A program made the translations under genes and the position numbers. 47,873 nt of DNA from an uncultured Holophagales bacterium. GTDB taxonomy: Bacteria; Acidobacteriota; Thermoanaerobaculia; UBA5066. Numbering within the stretch: position 1 is the first letter of the stretch; each line of letters starts with the position of its first letter. The stretch covers positions 1-47,873 of the forward strand of contig CAYLNK010000009.1 in the NCBI GenBank assembly GCA_964384675.1, written 5' to 3'. This document shows, one piece after another, positions 1 to 10,204 of this stretch. Under the pieces are notes generated by a model, which was given only the letters and a program-made list of their open reading frames with translations, made no database searches and was not told where the DNA came from.

Positions 1-374
1 GACTCCCCGGCCCGGCGCGCCGCCACACGCAGCTCCCACACCTCGCCCCAGCCGGCGCCCGCTCCGAAGCAGAGGTCGCCACGGCCCCGGGAGAGGCCGA
101 CGAGGACGGGTGGCACGACGCGAGTCTCGAAGGGCCCGCCCGAAAGGCCAGCCGTCGGCCAGGGGGCGCTCCCCGGCGCGGCCAGGTCGAGCCGGGCGAT
201 TCGCGCCGCGCCATCGGCCTGGAGCAGCGTCTCCACACCGAGGGGATCGGACCGGCGAAGCCGCCCCTGCGCAGTCCCGAGGAGGAGGGAGAGCGCGAGG
301 AGGGAGACCGTGACCGTGAGGAGGAGGCCGACGAGGAGCGCGGTGCCGTGCCGCCCCGTCTTGCGATCGTTCAC
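1..374 (-). CDS. Hypothetical membrane-anchored protein, N-terminal part only (gene continues past window start)
   Basis: Reverse-complement reading from a GTG at about 372-374, preceded by a GGAGG SD, gives VNDRKTGRHGTALLVGLLLTVTVSLLALSLLLGTAQ... (one TM helix then a soluble region). The GTG overlaps the TGA stop of the upstream minus-strand gene (GTGA), suggesting translational coupling. Not in the ORF track as a full ORF because it runs off the window. Confidence 0.35.
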   Translation of the reverse strand, partial: MNDRKTGRHGTALLVGLLLTVTVSLLALSLLLGTAQGRLRRSDPLGVETLLQADGAARIARLDLAAPGSAPWPTAGLSGGPFETRVVPPVLVGLSRGRGDLCFGAGAGWGEVWELRVAARRAGE

Positions 375-1600
375 CTCGTGGCCTCCCAGAAACGTCTCGG
401 CACGTAGCTCAGCAGCTGGGCCCGCCGCGCGAACGAGGCCCCCTGTCCCGGGTACGGGCTGTAGCCGACGGGACCCGCGCCCAATCGGGTCCCGGTCGGC
501 GGCGGGGCGTCCAGGAGTCGGACTCCCTCCAGCCGCGACCGGTGGGAATTGCCCGCCAGCTCGACGCGGAGGTCGCGCACCGGACTCTTCTCGACCAGCC
601 CCACGCGGACCAGGCTCACCAGGGGCCTCCCCAGGTCGTCGACGAGGCGCGGTGCCACGTCCGGCCGATCCGGGACCCAGCGGCTCGCGCCACCCTCCGA
701 GATCCGGTATCCGACCTGCAGGTCCTCGATCTCGTCCGCGATGCGGACCACCTCGTATCGTCCGCCGCCGACGAAGCGCGCGACGGCGAGATACGGGTGC
801 GGGAAAGCGAGCGACTCCGGGTCGGCCGCGGCGAAGTAGTCCGGCGGCGCTCCCGGCTCGCCCCGCGCCACGAAGTACGTCAGGTCGTCGAGCAGCCCGA
901 GCGAAAGCTCGCCGCGCAGGCGGCGGGCGGCCGCGGCCCCGCCCGGAGAGAGCGGGAGGGCGTCGGGATCGTCGAAGCGGACCTTCACCTCCAGGACCCC
1001 CTCGCGCCTGCCCCCCTCCACGGCGGCGGACGTCAGCACCGCGGTCGCCTGGTGCCCCTCCTCGTCGGAGACGGCGCAGAAGACCTTGGCGGCGGTTCTG
1101 CCGGCGCGAGCCAGGAGACCGCCCCACTCCCCGACCTGCGGGAGCAATCCGAAGCCGACCGCCCCCGGTGCCGTGACCCGGATCCACTTCGGGGTCGGAT
1201 GGCGTGAGGCGATCCGGAACGTGGTCTCCCCCGAGGCAGGCGGTTGCGCCGGCTGGACCCGGAAGAGCGGCGAGCCGAGCACGCCCCGGATCTGGAGCTG
1301 ATCCGTACCCGCCCGGACCGCGACGTCTCCGAGCGCGGTCGAGAACCTCGCGCCCTTCCCCGAGTTGTTCGCCCGCGCGACGAGCGCGGCCGCCGCGGAG
1401 ATCCCGGCGCCGGCCGCCCGGACGTCGCGCGACAGGGCGTGAGCGGCAACCTGGATCGAGGCCCCGAGCTCCTGGGCCTGTCCTCCGAATCGGACCATGC
1501 GCGTCGTCCGGTCGAAGACGTTCAAGAGGCCGAGGACGAGGACCGAGAGGAACGCCAGGGTCAGCAGCGCCCCCGAGAACGGGAGCCGGGACGGCCTCAC
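371..1600 (-). CDS. Pilus-cluster membrane-anchored protein (409 aa) with an N-terminal hydrophobic pseudopilin-like anchor; function unknown
   Basis: 409-aa ORF with a GTG start (rc 'cac' at 1598-1600) overlapping the stop of the upstream pseudopilin gene (GTGA). N-terminus MRPSRLPFSGALLTLAFLSVLVLGLL, then a soluble domain. Strong GC3 bias. Lies in an operon with the minor pilins and PilY1. Confidence 0.55.
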   Translation of the reverse strand: MRPSRLPFSGALLTLAFLSVLVLGLLNVFDRTTRMVRFGGQAQELGASIQVAAHALSRDVRAAGAGISAAAALVARANNSGKGARFSTALGDVAVRAGTDQLQIRGVLGSPLFRVQPAQPPASGETTFRIASRHPTPKWIRVTAPGAVGFGLLPQVGEWGGLLARAGRTAAKVFCAVSDEEGHQATAVLTSAAVEGGRREGVLEVKVRFDDPDALPLSPGGAAAARRLRGELSLGLLDDLTYFVARGEPGAPPDYFAAADPESLAFPHPYLAVARFVGGGRYEVVRIADEIEDLQVGYRISEGGASRWVPDRPDVAPRLVDDLGRPLVSLVRVGLVEKSPVRDLRVELAGNSHRSRLEGVRLLDAPPPTGTRLGAGPVGYSPYPGQGASFARRAQLLSYVPRRFWEATR

Positions 1601-2010
1601 GGCACGAACCGCAGGACGGTCAGACGGACGCGAGGCGTCAACCCCGGAAGAGCCGCCGCTCCCCTTCCCGGCCTGCGGGCCGTCACACGGACCCGTTCCA
1701 GACTCTCTCTCGGACCCGGGACCACGTCGACGTCGACGACGACCGGCGGCGTCCCGTCGGGCCTCGAGGGGGGCGACTCCACGGCCTCGTGGGTGAGGGC
1801 TTCCTCCGCGGCGGACTCCGCGCAGAGGGCGGTGGTTCCGTCGTCCCCGGGACCGGCTTCCCGGCGACGACCGCGTAGCAGGAGCGGCACGACGACGGCA
1901 ACGAAGACGGCCACGAGGAGCACCGTGAGGACGGCCTCCAGGGTCGAGAGACCGCCGGGGCGGGAGGCTCGCCGAGTCGTCGGCCCGGCTCGCCGCGGGG
2001 GGAGGGACAC
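1597..2010 (-). CDS. Prepilin-type pseudopilin (PilE/GspI-like minor pilin)
   Basis: Contains the class-III signal / N-terminal helix ...SRPGG|LSTLEAVLTVLLVAVFVAVVVPLL, with Glu at +5 after the predicted cleavage Gly. The ORF-track start at 2070 is a TTG lying inside a perfect hairpin, so an internal GTG near 2010 (leader about 19 aa) is preferred. The C-terminal part is low complexity, hence moderate confidence. Confidence 0.45.
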   Translation of the reverse strand: MSLPPRRAGPTTRRASRPGGLSTLEAVLTVLLVAVFVAVVVPLLLRGRRREAGPGDDGTTALCAESAAEEALTHEAVESPPSRPDGTPPVVVDVDVVPGPRESLERVRVTARRPGRGAAALPGLTPRVRLTVLRFVP

Positions 2011-2052
2011 GCCCCGATTATCGGCTTGCTCGAGCGCAGCCCGCCCCGAAAG

Positions 2053-2082
2053 CGAGGGGCGAGGCGTCAACGCCTCGCCCCT
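2053..2082 (-). terminator. Perfect 13-bp inverted repeat GAGGGGCGAGGCG-tcaa-CGCCTCGCCCCTC (GC-rich hairpin) about 20 nt downstream of the pilY1-like stop. Likely an intrinsic terminator/attenuator or mRNA-stabilising stem.
   Basis: Read directly from the sequence. The palindrome sits between the PilY1-like gene and the downstream pseudopilin gene. There is no clear U-tract (GCTTTCGGGG follows on the transcribed strand). Confidence 0.4.
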
Positions 2083-2104
2083 CTCCCGACCGGTCGCTCG
2101 GGAC

Positions 2105-5100
2105 TTACTTCAGCTCACGCCACCACGTGGGCGTCAGGTGCGCCGGGGGCGGCTCCAGCTGGACGTCGGTGACGAGCTGGGTGTACGCGTGGTCACCGCT
2201 CTTCGAGATGATGACGTCCCCCTGCGGGGTGATCGAGAACCCGCCGCCGGCTCCTTCGCCACCGTCCGTCGACTCGACCGGCTCCGCCTGGACCTCGCAG
2301 TCCACGGAGGTGAAGGTCAGCTTCACGACGTATGTCCGCCCGAGGCAGCCGTTGTCCGGGTCGAACACCAGGAAGAGCGCGTCGGACGTGCCGATGCCCG
2401 AGCGCGGCACGACGATGAACGGAGACGCGATGACCTGGGTGTGCTGTCCCAGGTTGCCCGCGCCGGCCGGATCCCCTGCCGGGCGCGGAATGTCGCGCAG
2501 GCGGACCCGGAACATGCCCGGATCCGACGGGCTGCTGTCCATGGGCGAGACGCCCTTGGGCTTGACGGCGAGATAGAGGCTCGGCTGGAAGTACTGGTCG
2601 CTGTCGTCGCCGATCTGCGACCCGGACACGGCGTCGCTCTCCTCGTAGAACGAACCGCTCCCGAACGTGAAGAGATCGCAGCCCGAGCCCCTCGGACCGT
2701 AGCCGCTGACGGCGGTCGTGTAGTAGAGCGGCTGGGACTGTCCCACGAACTTCGAGGCGTCGATGCCGACGACGAAGGTGTCGAACGCCGCGGGCGCGCT
2801 CGAGGAGACGAACCAGATCCGTCCGTTCAGGTCCGGGACGAGGCCCAGATCGGCCTTGTTGTCCGGGAGGAAGGACGGAGCGTCGGTATCGAGGAACCCC
2901 GCGTGCGCCACGGCCTGGTTACCGACCCACGGCGGGTTCGTCGCGTCGTTCGTGGTGTTGTGGGGAGCGCTCGGGGTCTGGAACGTGCCATCGGTCACGT
3001 CCAGCACGAACGCCTTCGGCGCGACGGGCGTGGAAACGGTGCTGGCCGGATTCTCTCCGCCCCCGAAGACCATCCGCCACTTGTCGGCTGTGACCGGCGC
3101 GACGCCCGGAATGCTCCACGTCTCGAACACGTTCGCGATCCCGTCGGTGGCCGTGGCGCCGTCGAGAGTCCAGAGGACCTTCACCGGCTCGGCCGGGCTC
3201 GTGACGGCGCCGTCGAACGTGCCGTAGCTCGGGTCGGTGGGCGACGGGTGGGTGATGTCGATCGCCGCGATCAGCCTCCCGGCAGGCCCCTCGGTGATGA
3301 TGCCGACGGTCTTGTAGGTCGGCTCGGGCAGCGCGTTCGGGAAGTAGACGTCGAGGTAGCGGAGCGAGCTCGCCACCCCGTAGACGTGGTTGGTGAAGCC
3401 GGACAGCTGTCCCGTCGGGCTGTCGGCGGCGTTGATCAGGTAGTTCTGGTAGAAGGTGATCTGCCGGGCCAGGAGGTTCGGCGGCAGGAGGGCGGTGATC
3501 TCGCTCCCGTCCTCCGCGTTGAAGCAGTGCAGCATGCCGTCGTCGGAGCCGACCCAGACCACCGGCTTGCGCTGGGAGTAGGCGGCCTCGAATCCGGCGT
3601 GGTTCTGAACGGAGAGGTTGGAGTAGCGAGTCGGCGGCGTCACGACCGCGGGGGTCGAGTTGATGATGCCTCCCAGCATCCACTCGCGCCGGGCGCCCTG
3701 GGCCAGCGCGCTGGTACCGGAGCCGTCGTTGCCCAGGATGAAGTCGATCACTCCCGGGGTGAAGGTGCCCGCGGGCGAGCTGGTCAGGACGTCGAGCGCG
3801 TTCCTCGTCGCGGCCGAGTAGTCGATCTTGATCAGGGCCCCGCTCGAGGGGTTCCAGGTGTAGATCTTGCGAGTGGCGGGATCCGTGGACCGGAGGACCT
3901 GACCCGCGTCCCACTTCTCGTACAGCGGGTCGGACGGGAGCCTCGAGACGTCGAGAGCGTAGAAGTGTCCCTTCCACTCGGGGTAGTCGACCGACGAGAG
4001 GTACTGGGTGTTCTGCTGGCCGTCGATCGTCCCGCCGCTGACCGGCGCGGTCGTGACGTAGTCACCGGCGGCTCCGGCGTCGGCGATCTTCTTGAGAGCG
4101 GCGGCCAGGGAGTCCGGGTCGTTCGCGAAGATCGCGTAGTTGCCGTGGTTCGCGGTGCCGTACTCGAAGGTGTTGGGCGGGAGGTAGCTGCCGGCGTTCG
4201 TGATCCCGAAGTCGGCGAGCGCGGCGTCGGTGCGCCCCCGGTACGCGATGCGGTTCAGCTCGCACGGCCCGACGATGTCGCTGATGCCGATGACGAACGT
4301 GCGCACGCGAAGGGCCGGATCCGGCAGCAGCGGGACGCCACGCTGGAGCTGGAGGTCCCAGGCCAGATCGGCGGACCCGGCGCCGAACTGGGTGTAGTTG
4401 TTGTTCGGGATGGCGCTCGGGTCGGCGTCGGAGCAGTTGAATCCGCTCGCGGGCGGCACCGCGCCCGCGCCGTCGCAGCAGGCCCCGAAGACGGGGTTCA
4501 CGGTGTAGCCGGTACACGGCAACGAGGCCGGCGCCGGGTCGCCCAGCGCGTCCACGCACTCGGCGAAGCAGAGCGCATCCGGGTAGCGGTGGGTACAGTC
4601 GGCGAACCACGCGCCGTCGTTGGGGTTACAGGTGTTCGAGAGACCATCGGTGATCAGGACCGTGCCGTAGCCGCGGTTGCACTTGTAGAGCGGATCGACG
4701 TCGAAGATGTCCTGATGGGACTGGAGCGCGAGGTCGAGCGCCGACTTGGTCGGCGTCCAGCCCGATGGCGTCAGTCCTCCGCTGGCCGAGAGCTGCAGAT
4801 AGCCTTCGATCGCGGTCACGTCGTGGTTGTCCACCGGCTGGATGTTGTCCCGGATGTCCACGAGCTGCTGGACGTTCGCATACTGGCACTTGATGGCCTC
4901 GGCCGCGGTGTACGGGACCGGAAGCGTCGTGCCGTAGGTGATGAGGCCCCAGTTCACCGAGAACCGCGTCTGGCCGACGACGTCCTTCGGAGCCGAGACC
5001 GTGAAGGTCCCCAGGACGGGCTGGCCAACGCTGCAGCCGGCGTCGCTCACACCGCAGGCCTGGAAGGGGATGCCCGGATCCTCCAGGTAGTTGTCGGGTC

Positions 5101-7018
5101 CGGCCTCCAGCGTGTAGACCCACGTATCGACCGTCCCGACCGAGTTGGTGGCGGTGGTGATCACGACTCGCGGGAAGGTGACGTCGCTGGCCGTCGGGGG
5201 TGAGCTGGGCGGGAAGACGCCGCCGGCCACCGTCCAGGCGGCGGTGAGGAGCGGGCTGTTGGTGATGATGTCGGGAGCCACGTACTCGGGGATGATCGCG
5301 ACGGAGTTCCCCATCGCGTTCTTGGCCGAGGCCATGCGCGACGGGAGGTCGAACTTGAGGGTGTAGCTCCACTTGTTGAAGCCGGTGAAGCCGGGGACGA
5401 GCGGATCGGCGTCGCAGTCCTCGTGGGGCTCCTGCGGCAGGGCGGCGCCCATCGCCGGCTCCTGATGGCCGGAGGCGCCCGGATCCGCGAGCGGCGCGGG
5501 CGATGCCTCGGAAACCCGTCCGGGCCGGAAAGGCGGAACCTCGGTGGGCGTCCGGGTCGGCGTCCGCGTCCGTGTCGACGTGGGCGTGACCGTCGCGGTC
5601 GCCGTCGGCGTCCGCGTGCTCGTCGGCGTCGGCGTGATCGTCGGCGTCTGGGTGGGCGTGCTGGTGTTCGGCGGCGTGGCCGTCGGCGTGAGCGTCGGCG
5701 TCGACGTGAACGTATGGGTCGGCGTCCGCGTTATGGTCGGCGTCACCGTCGGCGTGTTCGTGTTGGGCGGCGGCGTCGTCGTCGGGGTCCGCGTCGGCGT
5801 CGAGGTCGGCGTGAACGTGAACGTGGCCGTGGGCGAGATCGTCGGCGTCTGAGTCGGCGTGCGCGTCGGCGTCCGCGTGAACGTGGACGTCGGGGTGCGC
5901 GTCGGCGTGATCGTCGGCGTGTTCGTCACGGTCGGCGAGATCGTCGGCGTCTGGGTCGCGGTCCGCGTGGGTGTCCGGGTCGGCGTGCGCGTCGGGGTCT
6001 GGGTGACCGTGAACGTCGGCGTGATCGTGGCGGTCGGGGAGATGGTCGGCGTCCGGGTGGCGGTGCGCGTCGGCGTGCGCGTCGGCGTCGACGTCGGGGT
6101 GAACGTCAGGGTGAAGGTGGGCGTGATCGTCGGCGTGGGTGTGATGGTCGGCGTGCGGGTCGGTGTGCGCGTCGGCGTCCGGGTGGGCGTGGCCGTCGGG
6201 GTGAACGTCGGGGTGAACGTCGGCGTGATCGTGGCCGTCGGCGAGATCGTCGGCGTGCGGGTGGGCGTACGGGTCGGCGTCCGGGTGGGCGTCTGAGTCG
6301 ACGTCGGGGAGATCGTTGCCGTGGACGTCGGCGTCACCGTCGGCGTCACCGTGAACGTGGCGGTTGCGGTCGCCGTCGGTGTGCGCGTCGGCGTGGCGGT
6401 CCCGGTCGTCGTCGGTGTGCTCGTCGGCGTCACCGTGGGCGACGCCGTGGGCGTCCTCGTCGGCGTGGACGTCTGCGTGGCGGTCGGCGTGGACGTCGCG
6501 GTGGACGTCGGCGTCACGGTCGGCGTGCTCGTGGAGGTCGGCGTCTGGGTCGGGGTCGTCGTGGGCGTCGTCGTGGGGGAATTCGTGGGCGTCGTCGTGG
6601 GCGTGCTCGTCGGCGTCGTCGTCGGCGTCGCGGTGGGGGTCTCGGTCGGTGTCTCGGTCGGCGTGGACGTGGGAGTGACCGTCGGGGTCTCGGTCGGCGT
6701 GAAGGTCGGCGTTGCCGTGGGCGTCTCGGTGGGCGTCGGCGTCGGGCCGGGGTTGGCGTCGGCGCAGGACCGCGACCAGCTCAGGAGGCCGGTCGAGTCG
6801 GCGCCGTGGACCAGCCGGGTCCCGTACTTGTCGAGGGCCATCGAGCCGCTCAGGTCGAGCACGATGATCAGGTTCTGCGGGATCTGGAGGCGCGAGATCT
6901 GGCGGAGCGGGTCGAGCCCCTCGGCCTCGGCCGTCGGCGTGACGGGCCCGACCGGCCCGAGCCCGAACAGGACGGCGGTGAAGAAGGCGACGCTCTTGCG
7001 CAGGATTGCGTTTCTCAT
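2105..7018 (-). CDS. pilY1: PilY1/PilC-family pilus tip adhesin (about 1637 aa): signal peptide, split VWA domain carrying a huge Thr-Pro repeat and an inserted beta-rich domain, and a C-terminal PilY1 beta-propeller domain
   Basis: Signal peptide [20 protein letters not shown]. The VWA beta1/MIDAS motif [10 protein letters not shown] is later completed by ...[11 protein letters not shown]...VLITDGLSN. The C-terminal region has the PilY1/PilC signature [21 protein letters not shown] and [14 protein letters not shown] at 7018 (M6 of the track ORF) with a GAGGG SD; the track start at 7033 is a GTG. Sits directly after the pilX-like gene, the canonical position. Confidence 0.8.
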   Translation of the reverse strand: MRNAILRKSVAFFTAVLFGLGPVGPVTPTAEAEGLDPLRQISRLQIPQNLIIVLDLSGSMALDKYGTRLVHGADSTGLLSWSRSCADANPGPTPTPTETPTATPTFTPTETPTVTPTSTPTETPTETPTATPTTTPTSTPTTTPTNSPTTTPTTTPTQTPTSTSTPTVTPTSTATSTPTATQTSTPTRTPTASPTVTPTSTPTTTGTATPTRTPTATATATFTVTPTVTPTSTATISPTSTQTPTRTPTRTPTRTPTISPTATITPTFTPTFTPTATPTRTPTRTPTRTPTITPTPTITPTFTLTFTPTSTPTRTPTRTATRTPTISPTATITPTFTVTQTPTRTPTRTPTRTATQTPTISPTVTNTPTITPTRTPTSTFTRTPTRTPTQTPTISPTATFTFTPTSTPTRTPTTTPPPNTNTPTVTPTITRTPTHTFTSTPTLTPTATPPNTSTPTQTPTITPTPTSTRTPTATATVTPTSTRTRTPTRTPTEVPPFRPGRVSEASPAPLADPGASGHQEPAMGAALPQEPHEDCDADPLVPGFTGFNKWSYTLKFDLPSRMASAKNAMGNSVAIIPEYVAPDIITNSPLLTAAWTVAGGVFPPSSPPTASDVTFPRVVITTATNSVGTVDTWVYTLEAGPDNYLEDPGIPFQACGVSDAGCSVGQPVLGTFTVSAPKDVVGQTRFSVNWGLITYGTTLPVPYTAAEAIKCQYANVQQLVDIRDNIQPVDNHDVTAIEGYLQLSASGGLTPSGWTPTKSALDLALQSHQDIFDVDPLYKCNRGYGTVLITDGLSNTCNPNDGAWFADCTHRYPDALCFAECVDALGDPAPASLPCTGYTVNPVFGACCDGAGAVPPASGFNCSDADPSAIPNNNYTQFGAGSADLAWDLQLQRGVPLLPDPALRVRTFVIGISDIVGPCELNRIAYRGRTDAALADFGITNAGSYLPPNTFEYGTANHGNYAIFANDPDSLAAALKKIADAGAAGDYVTTAPVSGGTIDGQQNTQYLSSVDYPEWKGHFYALDVSRLPSDPLYEKWDAGQVLRSTDPATRKIYTWNPSSGALIKIDYSAATRNALDVLTSSPAGTFTPGVIDFILGNDGSGTSALAQGARREWMLGGIINSTPAVVTPPTRYSNLSVQNHAGFEAAYSQRKPVVWVGSDDGMLHCFNAEDGSEITALLPPNLLARQITFYQNYLINAADSPTGQLSGFTNHVYGVASSLRYLDVYFPNALPEPTYKTVGIITEGPAGRLIAAIDITHPSPTDPSYGTFDGAVTSPAEPVKVLWTLDGATATDGIANVFETWSIPGVAPVTADKWRMVFGGGENPASTVSTPVAPKAFVLDVTDGTFQTPSAPHNTTNDATNPPWVGNQAVAHAGFLDTDAPSFLPDNKADLGLVPDLNGRIWFVSSSAPAAFDTFVVGIDASKFVGQSQPLYYTTAVSGYGPRGSGCDLFTFGSGSFYEESDAVSGSQIGDDSDQYFQPSLYLAVKPKGVSPMDSSPSDPGMFRVRLRDIPRPAGDPAGAGNLGQHTQVIASPFIVVPRSGIGTSDALFLVFDPDNGCLGRTYVVKLTFTSVDCEVQAEPVESTDGGEGAGGGFSITPQGDVIISKSGDHAYTQLVTDVQLEPPPAHLTPTWWRELK
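5534..6751 (-). repeat. About 1.2 kb tandem repeat (period 12 nt = 4 codons, with a higher-order unit of about 36 codons) encoding roughly 100 T-P-T-x units of the PilY1-like protein
   Basis: Plus strand reads gtcggcgtg / gtcggcgtc / ggcgtgcgc... repeated. In the PilY1 frame this gives [18 protein letters not shown]...[25 protein letters not shown]... over residues about 95-500. The other two frames give VGVRVGV (antisense) and HADRDAD artefact ORFs. Confidence 0.85.
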
Positions 7019-7029
7019 GATCGGCGCCC

Positions 7030-7683
7030 TCACTTCGCGATACTCCCGGTCGAGCCCGGGTCACAGTCGGCCTGGAGACAGGCCGGAATCGACTCGTTGG
7101 TGAGCTCGAGCTGCTCCTCGAGCACGCGGGTCACGGCGTTCTGCCCGTTCACGAGGACACTCCCCACCGCGATCAGGTTCACCTTGTTGTCACCGTCCGA
7201 GCCCGGGTCGGGCACGCCGGAGGGAGACAGGGCCCCGCGATCTTCCACGTTGTTGCGGATGTAGAGGGAGTACTGGGCCCTCAGGTAGAAGGCGCTGCCC
7301 GAGTCGGCGGACGCCTGGAGCCGCGGAACGTCCCGGTTCAGGTACGTGATCGATCCGACCCGGAACGACTTGGCCTGGGCACCGCCGCCCGGAGGGTTGA
7401 ACACCCCCGATGGTGCCGAGGCGCCGAGGAGCGTGCTGATCGGATTCCCGGCCCGCGAGTAGTTGGCCAGGACCTCCTCTCCCGTCCGGAGGCCGGTCTC
7501 CGCGGCGTAGAAGCTCGTCTTGGCCAGCCGGTCGTTGCCCGAGATCCGGTCTTCCACCTGCGTGAAATAGGCGATCCCGATCCCGACCACGGTCAGGATC
7601 AGGACGACGAGGATGACCGTGATGAGGGCGCTCCCTCGAGCGGGGGTTCTGCGACGGCGGCGCGGGGCCCGGCTGGCAGTCAT
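7030..7683 (-). CDS. PilX/GspK-like minor pilin (pseudopilin lacking Glu5)
   Basis: ATG at 7681-7683. N-terminus [17 protein letters not shown]|[35 protein letters not shown] has a prepilin-like leader and hydrophobic helix without the conserved E5, as in PilX/GspK. A 6-nt gap separates it from pilW-like; 11 nt separate it from pilY1. Confidence 0.6.
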   Translation of the reverse strand: MTASRAPRRRRRTPARGSALITVILVVLILTVVGIGIAYFTQVEDRISGNDRLAKTSFYAAETGLRTGEEVLANYSRAGNPISTLLGASAPSGVFNPPGGGAQAKSFRVGSITYLNRDVPRLQASADSGSAFYLRAQYSLYIRNNVEDRGALSPSGVPDPGSDGDNKVNLIAVGSVLVNGQNAVTRVLEEQLELTNESIPACLQADCDPGSTGSIAK

Positions 7684-7689
7684 GGCAGA

Positions 7690-8967
7690 TCAGCTCCCAA
7701 GGACTCGGTTGCGGAACAGCAAGGTGGTGGTGAGGCGGTAATACTCGTAGAGCGGGTCGCCTGCCGCGGGGACCGCACCGGCGGCGTGATCCTCGACGGC
7801 GGGGCGAAAGTGGTTGGCCAGGGCACGAGCGCCCGCACCGGAGGCGAGCGACCGCGCCGCGATGGTCAGCCGCGGCGAACGGGCGACGACCGTGACGCGG
7901 AGCCCGATGACGAATTGGGCGTCACGCGTGGCGTCGAACGGCGTGGCCGAGGAGCTGCACGTACCGGTGGTCAACCCCTGGCACGGGCCAGCTTGCGGAG
8001 GGATGCCCCCGGTGAAACCGGCATCGGCGAGCCGGTTCGTCCCGGAGTTCCCGACCGTGCCGTTCGCGTAGAGGTACGCCACCTGCAAGTCGACGATGTT
8101 CTCCACGATCGGGACGAAGTTCGTCCCCGGCGCGTCGACGTCGGCGTCGAAGATCCCGAGCTTCTGCTCGAGGTTCCCGTTGCGGACCCGGAACGACACG
8201 TACTGGACCCCAGCCGCGAGCGTGACCGGGGCGACGAGAGCCAGCTCCCCGTTCGGGGCTATCCCCTTCCACTCCGAGACCCCGAGGTCGAACTTCACGC
8301 CGGTGATGTAGTTCGTCGCCCCGCCCGAGATCGTGCAGTCGCTCGCGCCGTAGTCGGTGATCTGGAAGTACTGCCAGTTCCCCTTGTTGTCGATGAGGGT
8401 CAGGAGCCCCGACTGCTCGGTGGCACCCACGGTGTGAGCCCCCGTGAGCTGCTTGAAGAGCTCCATGTTGGTGCTCGGGCAGCCGGCGGAAAAGTTGACG
8501 GCGTGGCCCCCCGCCGCGTGCTTGTCGCCCCCGAGCGTGATCACCACCTTCAGGGGGTTCTCGGAGACGGAGAGCGAGACGATGTCGGTCCCCAGGTCGG
8601 CCAGGCTGCTGCTGGAGACGTCGTTGTAGGACCCCTGCTTCAGGACGTTCGGCGTGGCCTCGTTCGCCCCGTACCAGCAGATGAGGGCATTGGGGTTGTT
8701 CACCCCGGGCGAGACGTTTCGGACGGCCCGCACGTAGTTCAGGTCCGCCGCTCCCTGGACGTTGAACGTCAGGTAGTCGACCGCCCGGCGCGCCGCCTGG
8801 CGAGGCATCGTGACCATCTGCTGGCGCTCGGCGAACGCCTTCATCTGGAAGAGGAGCGTCAACGCCACGATCATCACCAGCACCAGGAGGGCCAGCGAGA
8901 CCGTGGCCTCCATCAGGGAGAAGCCCCTGCGATCGTCAGATCGGCGACGTGAGAATGCGCGCGACAT
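7690..8967 (-). CDS. PilW/GspJ-like minor pilin
   Basis: MSRAFSRRRSDDRRG|FSLMEATVSLALLVLVMIVALTLLFQ carries the classic prepilin motif G/FxLxE. 425 aa. Lies between the PilV-like and PilX-like genes in canonical fimU-pilVWXY1 order. Confidence 0.6.
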   Translation of the reverse strand: MSRAFSRRRSDDRRGFSLMEATVSLALLVLVMIVALTLLFQMKAFAERQQMVTMPRQAARRAVDYLTFNVQGAADLNYVRAVRNVSPGVNNPNALICWYGANEATPNVLKQGSYNDVSSSSLADLGTDIVSLSVSENPLKVVITLGGDKHAAGGHAVNFSAGCPSTNMELFKQLTGAHTVGATEQSGLLTLIDNKGNWQYFQITDYGASDCTISGGATNYITGVKFDLGVSEWKGIAPNGELALVAPVTLAAGVQYVSFRVRNGNLEQKLGIFDADVDAPGTNFVPIVENIVDLQVAYLYANGTVGNSGTNRLADAGFTGGIPPQAGPCQGLTTGTCSSSATPFDATRDAQFVIGLRVTVVARSPRLTIAARSLASGAGARALANHFRPAVEDHAAGAVPAAGDPLYEYYRLTTTLLFRNRVLGS

Positions 8968-9547
8968 AGTCGATCCTCTTGGCGTTGAGCGTGAATTCGC
9001 CGGGGGTGACCTGCCGTTGGCTGAAGTAGCGCCGGGCGGTCGTGGACGTGGACGCCTCTACGGTGACCGTGACGATCACGGACTCGTCCGAGCTCGAGGT
9101 CGCGGCAGCGTTCCGGATGTTGAACCGGATCTGATACGGACCGTCGTCGATCTCCATGACGTTCGCGCCGGCCGGGCCCCAGAAGGCCCAGGCGGTGGCA
9201 TCCGCCGCCGCGTTGTCGGGAAGCACGAAATCGGTGTCGGGAGGCGCCCCCCCGGGCGAGAGCGGCAGGGGGATCCCGCAGCCCGACGGGGGGACGAAGT
9301 TGTAGTCGAAGACGGCCGAGGCGCGGTACATGCCGTAGACGATCCGGATGTTCTCCACCACCTGCTGGGCCTTGAACGTCATCTGCGTGCGGGCCGCCGC
9401 GCCGGCGTTCACGACGAGGGAGAGCGAGTACATCTCGAGGATCCCGACCATCAGGAGGGCCAGCACCGTCATGGCGATCAGGACCTCGATCAGGCTGCTC
9501 CCCCGAGCTCGACGCGGCCTGCGCAGGGACCTTCTGAGCTGCTTCAT
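8936..9547 (-). CDS. PilV/GspI-like minor pilin
   Basis: MKQLRRSLRRPRRARG|SSLIEVLIAMTVLALLMVGILE prepilin motif. ATG at 9545-9547 with a GGGAGAG SD. 203 aa. Confidence 0.65.
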   Translation of the reverse strand: MKQLRRSLRRPRRARGSSLIEVLIAMTVLALLMVGILEMYSLSLVVNAGAAARTQMTFKAQQVVENIRIVYGMYRASAVFDYNFVPPSGCGIPLPLSPGGAPPDTDFVLPDNAAADATAWAFWGPAGANVMEIDDGPYQIRFNIRNAAATSSSDESVIVTVTVEASTSTTARRYFSQRQVTPGEFTLNAKRIDYVARILTSPI

Positions 9548-9560
9548 CTTCTCTCCCTGC

Positions 9561-10172
9561 CTAGTACAGCGACCTGTTGGCCTGGACGCTCCAGACCGGG
9601 CTGACCCGGACCTGGAGCAGGACGGGAGGCTTCAGCGCGGGGTTCGAGCCCACCATCCGGGTGTGGGTGAGGCTCAGCGTGGCGATTCCGGCGATCTGGC
9701 CGGCGGCCGAGGCGAAGGTCCGGGTTCTCAGGTCACAGCCGAGCCAACGCACCGTCGAGGCCGACGTGCCGTTGGCGGACCAGAATGCCGACTGCACCTC
9801 TCCGGCGTTCGTCGTGGAGAAGGCGATGTCGCCGGGCAGAGTCAGCGTCTGGATCACCGCGTCGGTCGAGGTGTCGGGTACGTTGTCCTGGTTCGTGTCC
9901 GCCACGAGCTGGAACTGGCGGGCCGCGCCGTCGAAGACCACGAAGATCGAGGTCCCCCGGGTCTGCATCTCGGAAGGGGCACGCGACATCAGGGTCGTCA
10001 GGTCGGAAGCCGCGGACGCGAGGCGCTGCTTCTGGATCGCCTTGAGGCCCTCGACCGAGGCGATCACGAAGGTCAGGCCGAGGACCAGCACCACAGCCAG
10101 GAGCTCGATCATGCTGAAGCCGCGCCGTCCGGAGCGCCGCCCAACCGCCGAAACCCGTGCCCTGACCGTCAC
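9561..10172 (-). CDS. FimT/FimU/GspH-like minor pilin
   Basis: The prepilin motif RRG|FSMIELLAVVLVLGLTFVIA lies about 72 aa into the track ORF (9561..10340). An internal GTG near 10172, preceded by GGGAGG, gives a 16-aa leader, so that start is preferred. First gene of the minor-pilin operon. Confidence 0.55.
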   Translation of the reverse strand: MTVRARVSAVGRRSGRRGFSMIELLAVVLVLGLTFVIASVEGLKAIQKQRLASAASDLTTLMSRAPSEMQTRGTSIFVVFDGAARQFQLVADTNQDNVPDTSTDAVIQTLTLPGDIAFSTTNAGEVQSAFWSANGTSASTVRWLGCDLRTRTFASAAGQIAGIATLSLTHTRMVGSNPALKPPVLLQVRVSPVWSVQANRSLY

Positions 10173-10204
10173 GCGTGGAATCCTCCCTTGCCACGGGCGA
10201 CAAA

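Noticed and set aside
1244-5203. 1319-aa plus-strand ORF (and many similar ones: 310..1176, 5423..7264, 16063..17535, 17037..19400, 20659..23922, 33101..36259, 40848..42743 and others)
   Set aside because: Arg/Gly/Pro/Asp-rich translations with no motifs, lying antisense to or out of frame with genes that have clear family signatures. These are typical long spurious ORFs in DNA with GC above 70% by eye.
5544-6678. Plus-strand VGVRVGV repeat ORFs / possible CRISPR-like or non-coding tandem array
   Set aside because: It is the antisense of the TPT-coding repeat. The period is 12 nt with no unique spacers, so it is not a CRISPR array.
4626-7064. 812-aa minus-strand ORF with HADRDAD-type repeats over the pilY1 region
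   Set aside because: It is the +1 frame of the same 12-nt tandem repeat. The TPT frame is preferred because it is continuous with the signal peptide and VWA start upstream and the PilY1 C-domain downstream in one 1642-codon ORF.
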